Source of the DNA: Bacteroidales bacterium
GTDB taxonomy: Bacteria; Bacteroidota; Bacteroidia; Bacteroidales; JAGOPY01
Assembly: GCA_030638325.1 (NCBI GenBank)
Contig: DAOWEV010000210.1
Span: forward strand, 1 to 41,441
DNA length: 41,441 nucleotides
Direction of reading: 5' to 3'
Below, piece after piece: positions 27,012 through 37,054 of this stretch. Position 1 is the stretch's first letter; each line of letters opens with the position of its first letter. The notes beneath the pieces are model-generated. The model worked only from the letters and a program-made list of their open reading frames with translations. It searched no databases and had not been told where the DNA came from. A program made the position numbers and the translations under genes.

Positions 27012-29852
27012 ATGCAGAAGAAACCGTTTCAGCAGTTAGATCCGAAGCATTTCATCCTCATTAAAGGAGCCGATATGCATAACCTAAAGCATGTGGATGT
27101 GGCGCTTCCAAGAAACAGTTTCATTCTGATAACCGGCCTTTCCGGGTCAGGAAAATCCAGTCTTGCATTTGACACCCTCTATGCCGAGGGCCAGCGCAGG
27201 TACGTGGAAAGTCTCAGTTCCTATGCACGCCAGTTCCTGGGCCGCATGAGTAAGCCCAGGGTAGAGTATATCAAAGGGATATCTCCGGCAATTGCCATCG
27301 AACAAAAGGTGAATACACGGAACCCCAGGTCTACCGTAGCCACATCAACCGAGATTTTCGAGTACCTTAAGTTATTGTATGCGCGTATCGGAAAAACCTA
27401 TTCTCCCGTCTCCGGAAAACCGGTAAAACGCCATACAGTAAGTGATGTCACCGATCATATCATGAGCCTGCCTGAACAAACCAGGGTTTATATTTACAGT
27501 CCTTTTTACCTCGCTGAAAAACGCAGCAGCAGGGATCAGCTTACTATCTACCTGCAACAAGGCTATAACCGGATTTATTATGGTAAAGAGTTTCTCCGGA
27601 TTGAGGATGTTCTTGAAGATAACTTGAAAATTGAACCTCAGAAAACCCGGATCGTGATCGACAGGCTAATCATAAACAATCATGATAAAGACCAGCAATC
27701 AAGGGTTGCCGACTCAGTCCAGACAGCCTTTTATGAAGGCCATGGATACTGTATTGTAGAAAATGAGAAGGCTGGAAAGAAAAAAAGAAACACATTTTCC
27801 AATAAGTATGAACTGGACGGCATTGAATTTGAAAAGCCTTCCGTGAATCTGTTCAGCTTTAACAATCCTTACGGGGCCTGCAAGCGTTGTGAAGGTTTCG
27901 GAAGCATCATCGGCATCGATGAGGACCTGGTCATCCCCAATAAAACCCTTACTATCTTTGAGAATGCCATTGCCTGCTGGAGAGGAGAAAAGATGGGTAA
28001 ATGGAAAGATGAACTCGTGATGCATGCCTATAAGTTCGATTTCCCTATTCACAGGCCTGTTTATGATCTGACAGAAGCACAAAAACAACTGCTCTGGACC
28101 GGCAACAAATATTTCCATGGCCTGAATGAATTTTTCAAGTATGTTGAAGAAAAGGCCTATAAAATACAATACCGGGTGATGCTTTCCAGGTACAGAGGCA
28201 AGACCCTTTGTCCGGAATGTCGTGGCACCAGGTTAAGGAAGGATGCAAACTATGTCAAGGTCGGGGGGAAATCCATCAGCGATATCCTGCTGATGCCGGT
28301 ATATGATGCCCTGCCTTGGTTTCAGAAAATAAAGCTGAATGACCATGAGCAGCAGATCGCCAGCCGGCTGCTGACGGAGATCACCAACAGGCTGCGTTTC
28401 CTGGATGAAGTCGGGCTGGGATACCTGAGCCTGAACCGGCAATCCTCCACACTGTCAGGAGGAGAATCCCAGAGGATCAACCTGGCTACCTCGCTGGGCA
28501 GCAACCTGGCAGGCTCCATGTACATTTTGGATGAGCCTAGCATCGGATTGCACCCGCGCGACACATACCGGTTGATCGATGTACTGCAGCAGCTCCGCAA
28601 TCTCGGGAATACTGTCATCGTCGTGGAGCATGATGAAGATATGATACGGGCGGCTGATCATATTGTGGACATTGGCCCCCTGGCCGGATCAAAAGGAGGT
28701 GAGATAGTATTTGAAGGATCTTTTCAAGAGCTGGTAAACAGCAACAAAGGCCTTACCGCCAGATACATCAACAAAGAGCTCAGTATTGAATTACCTGAAA
28801 AGCGTCGCCCCTGGAAAGAATATATCGAGGTGCACGGGGCCCGGGAAAACAACCTGAAGGGTATTGACATAAAGTTTCCTTTAAACATATTGACAGTCGT
28901 AACAGGTGTCAGCGGTTCGGGCAAAACATCTCTTGTAAAATCCATCCTGTTTCCTTCCATTAAAAAGATATACGGGGGTTATGGCGAAAAGACAGGCAAA
29001 CTCTCAAGGCTTAGCGGTGATATCGACCGCATTGCTTCCATTGAATTCGTGGACCAGCATCCCATCGGGAGATCATCGAGATCCAATCCTGCCACTTATC
29101 TGAAAGCCTATGACGATATCAGGGCGTTATTCGCTACTCAGCAGCTGGCAAGGGTCAGGGGATACAAGCCCGGATTCTTTTCATTCAACATACCCGGCGG
29201 CCGGTGTCAGGAATGTGAAGGAGAAGGGGTTGTAAAGATAGAGATGCAGTTCATGGCCGACCTGTACCTCACTTGCGAATCCTGTGGCGGCACGAGGTTC
29301 AGAGATGAGGTTCTGGACATTAAATACAAAGGAAAAACCATTGACGATATACTGCACCTGACTGTCAACCAGGCAGTGGATTTTTTTCATGACCCGGAAG
29401 GGAAAAGCTCGCTTAACAGGCGCATCACCGACAAATTAAAGCCACTACAGGATGTCGGACTGGGTTATCTGGAACTGGGGCAGTCCTCCAGCACCCTGAG
29501 CGGCGGTGAAGCACAGCGCATCAAGCTCGCATTTTTCCTGTCAAAAGGAAGCAATCAACAACCAACCCTGTTCATTTTCGATGAACCCACTACCGGCTTA
29601 CATTTTCATGACATCAATAAACTGCTTAACTCCCTTTACGCTTTGATTGAAAAAGGTCACACCATCATTGTCATTGAACACAACCAGGAGGTCATTAAAT
29701 GCGCCGACTGGATCATAGACCTGGGGCCCGATGGCGGGGATGAAGGAGGCCACCTGGTTTTTGAAGGCGTTCCGGAAGAGCTGGTAAATTGCAAGAAATC
29801 CTTTACCGGGAAATTTCTTCGCGAAAAATTGAGAAGCATGAAACGTGAATAG
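27012..29852 (+). CDS. uvrA: Excinuclease ABC subunit A
   Basis: Two ABC ATPase modules (GLSGSGKSS/LSGGESQR and GVSGSGKT/LSGGEAQR); zinc-finger CxxC pairs. Confidence 0.97.
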   Translation: MQKKPFQQLDPKHFILIKGADMHNLKHVDVALPRNSFILITGLSGSGKSSLAFDTLYAEGQRRYVESLSSYARQFLGRMSKPRVEYIKGISPAIAIEQKVNTRNPRSTVATSTEIFEYLKLLYARIGKTYSPVSGKPVKRHTVSDVTDHIMSLPEQTRVYIYSPFYLAEKRSSRDQLTIYLQQGYNRIYYGKEFLRIEDVLEDNLKIEPQKTRIVIDRLIINNHDKDQQSRVADSVQTAFYEGHGYCIVENEKAGKKKRNTFSNKYELDGIEFEKPSVNLFSFNNPYGACKRCEGFGSIIGIDEDLVIPNKTLTIFENAIACWRGEKMGKWKDELVMHAYKFDFPIHRPVYDLTEAQKQLLWTGNKYFHGLNEFFKYVEEKAYKIQYRVMLSRYRGKTLCPECRGTRLRKDANYVKVGGKSISDILLMPVYDALPWFQKIKLNDHEQQIASRLLTEITNRLRFLDEVGLGYLSLNRQSSTLSGGESQRINLATSLGSNLAGSMYILDEPSIGLHPRDTYRLIDVLQQLRNLGNTVIVVEHDEDMIRAADHIVDIGPLAGSKGGEIVFEGSFQELVNSNKGLTARYINKELSIELPEKRRPWKEYIEVHGARENNLKGIDIKFPLNILTVVTGVSGSGKTSLVKSILFPSIKKIYGGYGEKTGKLSRLSGDIDRIASIEFVDQHPIGRSSRSNPATYLKAYDDIRALFATQQLARVRGYKPGFFSFNIPGGRCQECEGEGVVKIEMQFMADLYLTCESCGGTRFRDEVLDIKYKGKTIDDILHLTVNQAVDFFHDPEGKSSLNRRITDKLKPLQDVGLGYLELGQSSSTLSGGEAQRIKLAFFLSKGSNQQPTLFIFDEPTTGLHFHDINKLLNSLYALIEKGHTIIVIEHNQEVIKCADWIIDLGPDGGDEGGHLVFEGVPEELVNCKKSFTGKFLREKLRSMKRE

Positions 29853-29927
29853 TGAAGCGTGAAATGTGAGATGTGAAGAGATGATAATTGCTCGCTGCCC
29901 ATCTCAACTCTCAACTCTCAACTCTCA
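29834..29927. repeat. Opposed heptamer arrays filling the convergent uvrA/rlmB gap
   Basis: Plus strand AGCATGA AACGTGA ATAGTGA AGCGTGA AATGTGA GATGTGA (overlaps the uvrA end); minus strand GATTTGA (rlmB stop) GAGTTGA x3. Confidence 0.88.
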
Positions 29928-30671
29928 AATCTCCACCTGCCGCTGCCTCACCACCTCGTACAATATCATCCCGGCAGAAACAGAGACATTAAATGATGCA
30001 ATGCTACCCTTCATGGGGATGCTTACCGCCTCGTCGGCCAGCTCCAGGATGGTTCGTGAGATACCTTTTTCTTCAGAGCCAATGATGATGGATAGAGGTA
30101 CTTTAAGATCAGCCTGGTACGGCATCAGGTCTGATTTTTCAGTTGCTGCCAGGATATAAAGCCCGCTCTCTTTCAGGTATTTAATAGCGTTGGCCAGGTT
30201 GGAAGAGCGGCACACCGGCACCTTGTGCAGGGCGCCGGCAGATGTCTTCACAGCATCCTCGTTGATCATGGCGCTGCCCTTTTCCGGAACAATCACTGCA
30301 TGTACGCCGGTCCCTTCTGCCGTACGTACTATGGCTCCCAGGTTCCTGACATCCGTGATCCCTTCCAGCACCATCACCAGCGGGGTCTCCCCTTGCTCGA
30401 ACACAAATGGCAAAATATCTTCAATATGCTGATAGGTGATGGCTGAGATAAAGGCTATCACCCCCTGATGGTTCTTCCTGGTAACCCTGTTCAGCTTTTC
30501 GATGGGCACATACTGGTATGGGATGCCGGTATTTTTGACCAGTCCCATCATCTCGGAAGACAACGGGCCGCCTTTCAGGCCCTTTTTCACCAGCACCTTA
30601 TCAATCTCCTTCCCTGCCATGATTGCTTCGATAACCGGCCTCAGTCCATAAATAAAATTTTCTTTGCTCAA
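29925..30671 (-). CDS. rlmB: 23S rRNA (G2251-2'-O)-methyltransferase, TrmH/SpoU family (TTG start)
   Basis: Motifs NHQGV, DVRNLGAIVRTA, GSEEKGIS and IPMKGSIASFNVSVSAG; -7 box TATTTTTG at 30697-30704. Confidence 0.94.
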   Translation of the reverse strand: MSKENFIYGLRPVIEAIMAGKEIDKVLVKKGLKGGPLSSEMMGLVKNTGIPYQYVPIEKLNRVTRKNHQGVIAFISAITYQHIEDILPFVFEQGETPLVMVLEGITDVRNLGAIVRTAEGTGVHAVIVPEKGSAMINEDAVKTSAGALHKVPVCRSSNLANAIKYLKESGLYILAATEKSDLMPYQADLKVPLSIIIGSEEKGISRTILELADEAVSIPMKGSIASFNVSVSAGMILYEVVRQRQVEI

Positions 30672-30721
30672 ATCTTCACTATTTAATTGGTTTCAGCAAA
30701 AATACAGGAAAATTTGCGGAT

Positions 30722-30871
30722 AGAAACTAAATCAATTACGAATTAGGAATTGAAACCGATATGCGAGAATTGAAACCACTTGCAGGTTGCAGGTTTCGAC
30801 TCGCAACCTGCAACCCGTAACCCGTAACTCGTAACCCGTAATAATAAAATCTCAACCCTTGATTCGCATTA
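30722..30871 (+). repeat. Anchored element: AGAAACTAAATCAATT, GAATTAG units, AGGTTGC/AACCCGT hairpin and TCAACCCTTGATTCGCATTA end
   Basis: Left end shared with 9233 and 23478; right end 18 of 20 identical to 9538-9557. Confidence 0.82.
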
Positions 30872-30876
30872 ATAAC

Positions 30877-30884
30877 TATCTTTG
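30877..30884 (+). promoter_or_regulatory. -7 box TATCTTTG for the C1A peptidase gene
   Basis: TAnnTTTG 23 nt upstream of the ATG. Confidence 0.65.
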
Positions 30885-30907
30885 TGAAAAACTAAATTTA
30901 TCAGAAA

Positions 30908-32542
30908 ATGAAGAAAATTGTACTACTTTCGACTATAATGACCGCATCTGTCTGGCTTTTCGGTCAAATTCCTGCTTCTTTTGACCTGAGGGATTACAAC
31001 GGAGAGAACTACGTGACCAGTGTTAAAAGTCAGCAGGGAGGTACTTGCTGGACCCATGGGGCAATGGCTGCCATGGAAGGGAACCTGTTGATGACAGGAG
31101 CCTGGTTTGCAGCCGGTGAGCTTGGCGAACCGGCCCTGGCAGAATATCACCTGGATTGGTGGAACGGATTCAATGAGCATAACAACGATGACCTGGTTCC
31201 CCCGACAGGCGCGGGACTGGAAGTGCACTATGGAGGTGATTATATGGTTACTTCGGCTTATCTTGCAAGAAACGAAGGTGCCGTCAGGGACATAGACGGC
31301 CAATCATATACCAATCCCCCCCTGCGGTTTGATTCGAGTTATCACTATTATTATGCGCGTCAAATCGAATGGTATACCCTTGGCGATGACCTGGAAAATA
31401 TCGAAGTGATCAAACAGGCCGTCATGGATTATGGTGTCATGGGTACCTGTTTGTGTTCCAGTGGCGCGTTCATGAACAACCAATATGTACATTACCAGCC
31501 ACCCAGCAATTCGCAGGATCCCAATCATGCCGTGGCCATCATCGGATGGGACGATGATAAAGTTACGCAGGCCCCCGAGCCCGGCGCCTGGTTAATAAAA
31601 AACAGCTGGGGCTCAGGTTGGGGATTGGGTGGTTATTTCTGGATCTCTTATTATGACAAACACTGCTGCAGGGAACCCCAAATGGGCGCCATCTCATTTC
31701 AGGATGTAGAACTGCTTCAATATAAAAATACCTATTATCATGATTACCATGGATGGCGGGATACCAAAGAAGACCAGGAGGAAGCCTTCAATGCCTTTGT
31801 GGCCGGAGGTAATGAGATACTGAAGGCCGTCAGCTTCTTCACTGCCACAGATAGTGTTATTTACAGTGTGGTCATATATGATGATTTCAATGGCGGGGAA
31901 TTGGAAAATCAACTGGGTGAAGTTTCCGGCACATTGTATCATACAGGTTTTCATACCATTGACATGCCTGAATACATCGGCCTGACCGAAGGGGATGATT
32001 TTTATGTTTACCTCTCCCTGGATGATGGCGGACAGCCTTATGACAGAACTTCAGAGGTACCCGTTCTTTTAGGTTCGAGGTACAGAACACTGGTGGAATC
32101 TGCTGCCAGTCTGGAAGAAAGCTATTATAAAATAGGCGGCGATTGGCTGGACTTTTATAATTACAACGATCCTTCCGGATATCAAAATACCGGGAACTTT
32201 TGCATCAAAGGCCTGACGGTAACCGATACACTCACAGGTATAGGCGATAACCCCGGATCACTAAATGAAGAATTGTTGGGACAAAACTCTCCGAACCCCT
32301 TCGTTTCACAGACAAAGATAAGTTTCTCCCTGCCTGAGTCTGCACATATCTCGCTTCACATATATAACCTTGCCGGTCAGAAAGTTTGTACCCTGATTGA
32401 TGGTCAGGCGCTTGCCGGGAGCCATACCATTACCTGGGATGGCACGGATAATACGGGAAAAAGGCTGGAACCCGGAATCTATGTTTACAGGCTGATAACA
32501 CCACAGGGATCAGCTGTCAGGAAGATGGTTCTTGCTAAATAG
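30908..32542 (+). CDS. Secreted papain-like (C1A) cysteine protease with a lectin-like domain and a FlgD-Ig/T9SS-type C-terminal domain
   Basis: Signal peptide; PASFDLR..VTSVKSQ..GTCW (Cys), NHAVAIIGW (His), WLIKNSWG (Asn); C-terminal [19 protein letters not shown]...GIYVYRL. Confidence 0.9.
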   Translation: MKKIVLLSTIMTASVWLFGQIPASFDLRDYNGENYVTSVKSQQGGTCWTHGAMAAMEGNLLMTGAWFAAGELGEPALAEYHLDWWNGFNEHNNDDLVPPTGAGLEVHYGGDYMVTSAYLARNEGAVRDIDGQSYTNPPLRFDSSYHYYYARQIEWYTLGDDLENIEVIKQAVMDYGVMGTCLCSSGAFMNNQYVHYQPPSNSQDPNHAVAIIGWDDDKVTQAPEPGAWLIKNSWGSGWGLGGYFWISYYDKHCCREPQMGAISFQDVELLQYKNTYYHDYHGWRDTKEDQEEAFNAFVAGGNEILKAVSFFTATDSVIYSVVIYDDFNGGELENQLGEVSGTLYHTGFHTIDMPEYIGLTEGDDFYVYLSLDDGGQPYDRTSEVPVLLGSRYRTLVESAASLEESYYKIGGDWLDFYNYNDPSGYQNTGNFCIKGLTVTDTLTGIGDNPGSLNEELLGQNSPNPFVSQTKISFSLPESAHISLHIYNLAGQKVCTLIDGQALAGSHTITWDGTDNTGKRLEPGIYVYRLITPQGSAVRKMVLAK

Positions 32543-32611
32543 TAAAGAATCCCCGCACATAGGACTTAGCTTGGAGGAAGCACTGCGTAAGGGTGCATAG
32601 AGCGTTTATTA

Positions 32612-32720
32612 ATTGTCGATTGTCAATTGTCAATTGTCGATTTTTTTCTCACGATTCGCTTCTCACGTCTTCGGTCTTCGGTCTTCCGACTTCGGACTTT
32701 CTCTCAACTCTCAACTCTCA
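32612..32720. repeat. Composite ATTGTCR x4, CTTCGGT/CTTCCGA and CTCTCAA arrays ending at the GWxTD stop codon
   Basis: Read directly; the minus strand reads GCGGTGA (stop) GAGTTGA GAGTTGA. Confidence 0.88.
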
Positions 32721-33977
32721 CCGCCGCCAGCTCTGTACCGTTATATACCACGGATCTTTGAAGGTAGGCGATCGCAATAACATATAATCATTAGAAGTGA
32801 ATGGATTGTTTACTTTCACGAAAGTGAAACGGAGAGAGTTGCGATGGTCCGGGTCACCATAAACCCATTCTTCCTGGCCATACCCCCGGTAAACTATGCC
32901 CGGACGACCAAAAACAATGTAGATCAGCCCCCTGTCCGACTTCCATCCTTCAAGATAAGAAGTGAAATAGAAGTTTGCATCCTGTACATTATTATAATAT
33001 TTCTGAATGAGTGATTTTGCCCGCACGGCACTTCCTGCGGTCTTCAGCCAGAATTTATCCAACGCTTCTTTTTTTCCTACCGCTTCAGAGAGCTCTTCAA
33101 ATTCCTTTTTGGTGGTTATGTATCTTAACGGGGCCGCCAATTCTCCAGCCGTGACAAGATCCGGATAATCATCGTAAAACCGGAAAACGGTCATGCCTTT
33201 TCTCTGGGTTGTATCTCTCTGAAAATGATAAAACCCTTCCTTCTCCACTTGCACCCAATCCGATTCACCATTGTAAACCGGAACCTGGAATATACTGTCT
33301 GCCTTGTAATTGAACGACTTCATCTTTTCCTGGACAAAGGGTGGCCGGGCGAAAGGAAAGTCACGGAAATAAGCCCTCACATAAAGCATGCTAATGTCAT
33401 TGTCATTTACTTTGATCCTGAATTTTTCCCTGTTTCCGACATAAGTGGTAAATGCAGGCCGGTTGCTGCGGTTTAAAAGCAGAAAATTCTGAGGGGAATT
33501 CATGTCTTCTTTATTTACCCAGATAAAATCCTTGATGCTTTCTTCCCTGTTAACGTCAACCAATTCAAGCTCCAACACGTATTTATCGGGATATCTGGCA
33601 GGGATCTCAATGACATGGATCATCAGGACATCTCTTCCAAAATTCAATGAGTCAATATAGGTGAGGGTAGCGCTGTCAATGGTCACCTTACTCTCATATG
33701 ACTCCATCAACCTGTATGAAATATGATATTCAACCTGGTAGTTATCACTATAATCAGGTCGCACATAATGCAGGTCCGGCAATTTCACTTCAACATAAAC
33801 ATAGGATACTGAGTCTGAAGCATGATAGACATCGCTCACAAGTTCGGTAAACTTACCGTCGGTCACATATAGGTACGACAGATCATAAACGCTTATCTTT
33901 TTAGGTGGTGAACATGCGATCATCAACAGCATAAGCATCAAAGAAAGCAACAGTGTATTTTTCAGTTTGAACCTCAT
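32718..33977 (-). CDS. GWxTD-domain lipoprotein
   Basis: Lipobox MIAC; motifs LRYI...E, FW, ANxYF and GWKSDRGLIYIVFGRP..EEWVY. Confidence 0.85.
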   Translation of the reverse strand: MRFKLKNTLLLSLMLMLLMIACSPPKKISVYDLSYLYVTDGKFTELVSDVYHASDSVSYVYVEVKLPDLHYVRPDYSDNYQVEYHISYRLMESYESKVTIDSATLTYIDSLNFGRDVLMIHVIEIPARYPDKYVLELELVDVNREESIKDFIWVNKEDMNSPQNFLLLNRSNRPAFTTYVGNREKFRIKVNDNDISMLYVRAYFRDFPFARPPFVQEKMKSFNYKADSIFQVPVYNGESDWVQVEKEGFYHFQRDTTQRKGMTVFRFYDDYPDLVTAGELAAPLRYITTKKEFEELSEAVGKKEALDKFWLKTAGSAVRAKSLIQKYYNNVQDANFYFTSYLEGWKSDRGLIYIVFGRPGIVYRGYGQEEWVYGDPDHRNSLRFTFVKVNNPFTSNDYMLLRSPTFKDPWYITVQSWRR

Positions 33978-34097
33978 CAGTTAGATATTTATCAGTAAGT
34001 AATTTTTCCGTAGAATTATTTATTGCATAAAATTAAGCATTTGATCAGGAAAAATAGTAATTCTGTTGCCTGAAATAAAAAAAAGTAATATTTTTAC

Positions 34098-34931
34098 ATG
34101 AACAGGATAGTTGCAAAATTCAAACCTATGATCACTAAATACACTATTTTCCTTTTCTTCCTGGCTTTTGGTAATCAGGCCGTGACTCAAAGCTACATAC
34201 CTGCAAAAACCGTCAGTGACCGGAACCTTGTAAAAAAATTCTTTTGTGAAGAGACCATTTACCCGGAATCATCTTTGGATGCCGGACATGAAGGAACTGT
34301 CAAAATTAAATTCATTGTTGACGCAAATAGTGCAGTCCGGAATATTCGGGTTACAGAGTCGGTGGATGCAAACATTGATGATGAAATGATAAGGGTATTC
34401 AAAATGCTGTTATGGGTTCCGGCTACGAAGTTTGGGGAACCCATCGCATCTGAAAATGAATACACAATTAAATTCAACATCAGGAAATATGAAAAACATT
34501 GCAAACAACGTGGATATGATGAGCTTATGTACCCTCACTTACCGGTTGATACAACTTACAATATATATGGTCTTAAAGAAGTTGACAAAGGCCCCTACCC
34601 TGTTTTCACAGAACCCGGAATGAACCTGCAAAGCTTCTGGAGCCAGCATATAGAATATCCTGAAGAAGCCTTCAAGAACGGTATCACCGGCACAGTGACT
34701 TTAGGCTTCGTTGTGGAGACCCATGGCAGGATATCCAATATTACCATTGTCCAGAGTGTCGGAGGCGGGTGCAATGAAGAAACCATCAAGCTGGTTAAAA
34801 TGCTGAGCTGGATGCCGGCCATCAAAGATGATATGGCTGTTCGCTCTAAGATGCAATTTGGATTAACGTTCAATTTGAATAATGATCCGTCGCACCAGAT
34901 CACTCCCTCCAGTCAAACCAATGGTTTTTAA
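34098..34931 (+). CDS. Energy transducer TonB-family protein with two TonB C-terminal domains
   Basis: YPE..GxEGTVKIKFIVD and YPEEA..NGITGTV.LGFVVE..G....GGGCNEE..W.PA. The start may instead be the second Met (34128). Confidence 0.82.
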   Translation: MNRIVAKFKPMITKYTIFLFFLAFGNQAVTQSYIPAKTVSDRNLVKKFFCEETIYPESSLDAGHEGTVKIKFIVDANSAVRNIRVTESVDANIDDEMIRVFKMLLWVPATKFGEPIASENEYTIKFNIRKYEKHCKQRGYDELMYPHLPVDTTYNIYGLKEVDKGPYPVFTEPGMNLQSFWSQHIEYPEEAFKNGITGTVTLGFVVETHGRISNITIVQSVGGGCNEETIKLVKMLSWMPAIKDDMAVRSKMQFGLTFNLNNDPSHQITPSSQTNGF

Positions 34932-34934
34932 ATT

Positions 34935-35435
34935 ATGCGACAGATAGGCCTTCTTTCAGACACCCACGGTTTTATTCATCCTAAAATATATGAGTTTTTT
35001 AAGCCGTGCAATGAGATCTGGCATGCCGGGGATGCAGGGAATCTTGAACTCCTGGATCAATTGAAGGCTTTCAGGCCGTTGCGGGCGGTCTATGGAAATA
35101 TTGACGGCCAGGATATCAGGATCACTTATCCTGAAAAACAAATATTTTTTTGTGAAGATGTAAAGGTATTTATGGTCCATATTGGCGGGTATCCCGGCAG
35201 ATATAATCCCCTTATCAGGAAAATCATAGAACGGGAAAGGCCTAAGCTGTTTATTTCAGGACATTCTCATATCCTGAAAGTCATACCTGACAAAAAATAT
35301 AATTTATTGCATATAAATCCGGGTGCGGCAGGAAAATTCGGATTACACAACAAGATCACCTTTGTACGGTTTGTTATTGATAAGGATAACATTCAAGACC
35401 TTGAGGTGATGGAAATTAAGAGATCACAGGGGTGA
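34935..35435 (+). CDS. YfcE/MJ0936-family metallophosphoesterase
   Basis: Motifs SDTHG, HAGD, GNID, GHSH and NPGA. Confidence 0.92.
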   Translation: MRQIGLLSDTHGFIHPKIYEFFKPCNEIWHAGDAGNLELLDQLKAFRPLRAVYGNIDGQDIRITYPEKQIFFCEDVKVFMVHIGGYPGRYNPLIRKIIERERPKLFISGHSHILKVIPDKKYNLLHINPGAAGKFGLHNKITFVRFVIDKDNIQDLEVMEIKRSQG

Positions 35436-35445
35436 ATCTGGGGAT

Positions 35446-35530
35446 CGGAAGTCCGAAGTCGGAAGCAGGTCAACCGTCGACCGTCAACCGTCAACTGTTC
35501 CCATCTTCGGACTTCCGACTTCGGTCTTCC
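35446..35530. repeat. Nested array: CGGAAGT arm, CAACCGT loop and inverted ACTTCCG arm
   Basis: Read directly; lies between convergent genes. Confidence 0.85.
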
Positions 35531-35557
35531 ATTAAATTCTGGGTTGAATATAGCAGA

Positions 35558-36034
35558 TTACCTCAACCGGTCGGCAGACCTAATGAGCTTTTCATCTTTT
35601 CTGATAAACTTATCAGCCAGGATCATGAATATCAGGGCAATGAATGGGAAATAGATACCGTAATCGCTCTTATAATCGGGTATTGCATTGATCTTTTGCT
35701 CTATCGTTGGAGCATAGTAGAAAAATATCAAAGCAACAAAAACAAGCAACAGGAAAATTGCGAGACGCAGCAACCGCATTTGCATGACCCTTTTTTTATA
35801 CAGGAATATGGTGATCAGCGACATCAGCCCGGCGACCGCATTCAACAATACCAATGGCAGGGTAAACAAGGAAGAGAATGCCGGGGCGGTATCGGGGGTC
35901 ATGCTCCTGAATTCATAAATATATAGCTTATAATAGGCAAACTCTGATAAAAAACTTGCCAGCGGAAAGAAAAACGCACAAATAGTTGCAGCCGCCGCCA
36001 GCAGTAAAAAAACGGTCTGTATCCTCTGTAACAT
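35558..36034 (-). CDS. DUF4293-family membrane protein
   Basis: N-terminus MLQRIQTVFL, IFLYKKRxxQ, C-terminus IRKDEKLIRSADRLR; -7 box TACTTTTG at 36058-36065. Confidence 0.9.
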   Translation of the reverse strand: MLQRIQTVFLLLAAAATICAFFFPLASFLSEFAYYKLYIYEFRSMTPDTAPAFSSLFTLPLVLLNAVAGLMSLITIFLYKKRVMQMRLLRLAIFLLLVFVALIFFYYAPTIEQKINAIPDYKSDYGIYFPFIALIFMILADKFIRKDEKLIRSADRLR

Positions 36035-36072
36035 GATGTAGATTGTTTTGTGTATTGCAAAAGTATTAAATC

Positions 36073-36095
36073 ATTCAACTATTCAACTATTCAAC
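36073..36095 (-). repeat. 8-nt array TAGTTGAA x~3 directly after the YoaP stop codon
   Basis: Plus strand ATTCAACT ATTCAACT ATTCAAC. Confidence 0.65.
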
Positions 36096-36096
36096 C

Positions 36097-36870
36097 TCAA
36101 ATAATCTTATTCATAATATTCTTGAACCTCGTATTACTTATGGGGTGGTTTGCAATCACTTTTCCATTAAATATGATGCAGAAAGTTCCGAATGCACATG
36201 GACTATCCTGGGCTTCTTTGTAGTTCCGGAGTTCGATGATGTTGGGTTTCAGACTGTATACCTTCTCAGCTGTCTCAGATATTTCTTTAACATTCTTTAC
36301 CGTGTAAGGACATTGATCTGCCCTGATTATGGTCAAGCCCTTAGCATACTTTTTTAGTCTTTGTTCCCAATTTCCCTTGAATTTTGGGACAACTGCGTTT
36401 GTATTAAATCTTTTCACAAGTAACTCAAAATCCGGTGGTGCTTTATCTGCCTGTTGAAAGCCGTATTTTATAAATATTTCCTTACCCGCCATAAATGCCC
36501 CTTTCCGTGTGACAACTGCCACGCCCTGCATATTTTCCTTGTTTGCATCTTTTACACATTCATCCAATAAAAGCGATGCATAACCTCGCCCCTTGTATGC
36601 ACTTTTATAACCAACAAAAAGACAATGAATGAACATATACCCTATGGCTTCAACAGGTCTCCAGCAATATTCACCCGGAATGTATTCAATCATGCCCTGG
36701 GCCCCACCCTCTTCCGAGTACAATGTTTTGATCTTCAGGCCTTCCGAAAATCGGTCTTTTAACCAACCTAACTTTTCCGGATATCCTGCTGTCTTAATAT
36801 TCTTATATCCGCAGACTCCGTATTTATGAATATTGTCTGCATCTGTATCAATTATCTTTATCGTATCCAT
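36097..36870 (-). CDS. YoaP-like GNAT N-acetyltransferase
   Basis: K..WLKDRF.EGL, IEYIPGEYCWRP, IHCLFV..KGRGYAS.LL, QCPY and the C-terminal EAQxxPxxFxxF..NGK YoaP domain. Confidence 0.85.
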   Translation of the reverse strand: MDTIKIIDTDADNIHKYGVCGYKNIKTAGYPEKLGWLKDRFSEGLKIKTLYSEEGGAQGMIEYIPGEYCWRPVEAIGYMFIHCLFVGYKSAYKGRGYASLLLDECVKDANKENMQGVAVVTRKGAFMAGKEIFIKYGFQQADKAPPDFELLVKRFNTNAVVPKFKGNWEQRLKKYAKGLTIIRADQCPYTVKNVKEISETAEKVYSLKPNIIELRNYKEAQDSPCAFGTFCIIFNGKVIANHPISNTRFKNIMNKII

Positions 36871-36982
36871 TGGTCATCACTCTTTAAATATTGTTTTCTG
36901 AACTTACGGATTTGTTTTAATATTCCACCGCTAATATCCGTAAAATATTCCAAATATGCAAGCAGTTAACAGTAAAGGGAAT

Positions 36983-37020
36983 CAATTTAAAATTTATAAT
37001 TTATAATTTAACATTTAACA
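36983..37020 (+). repeat. AATTTA(A/T)-type heptamer array upstream of the lgt promoter
   Basis: AATTTAA AATTTAT AATTTAT AATTTAA CATTTAA; -7 box TATCTTTG at 37030-37037. Confidence 0.65.
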
Positions 37021-37054
37021 GGAATCCCATATCTTTGCAACAAAAGAATCTTGA

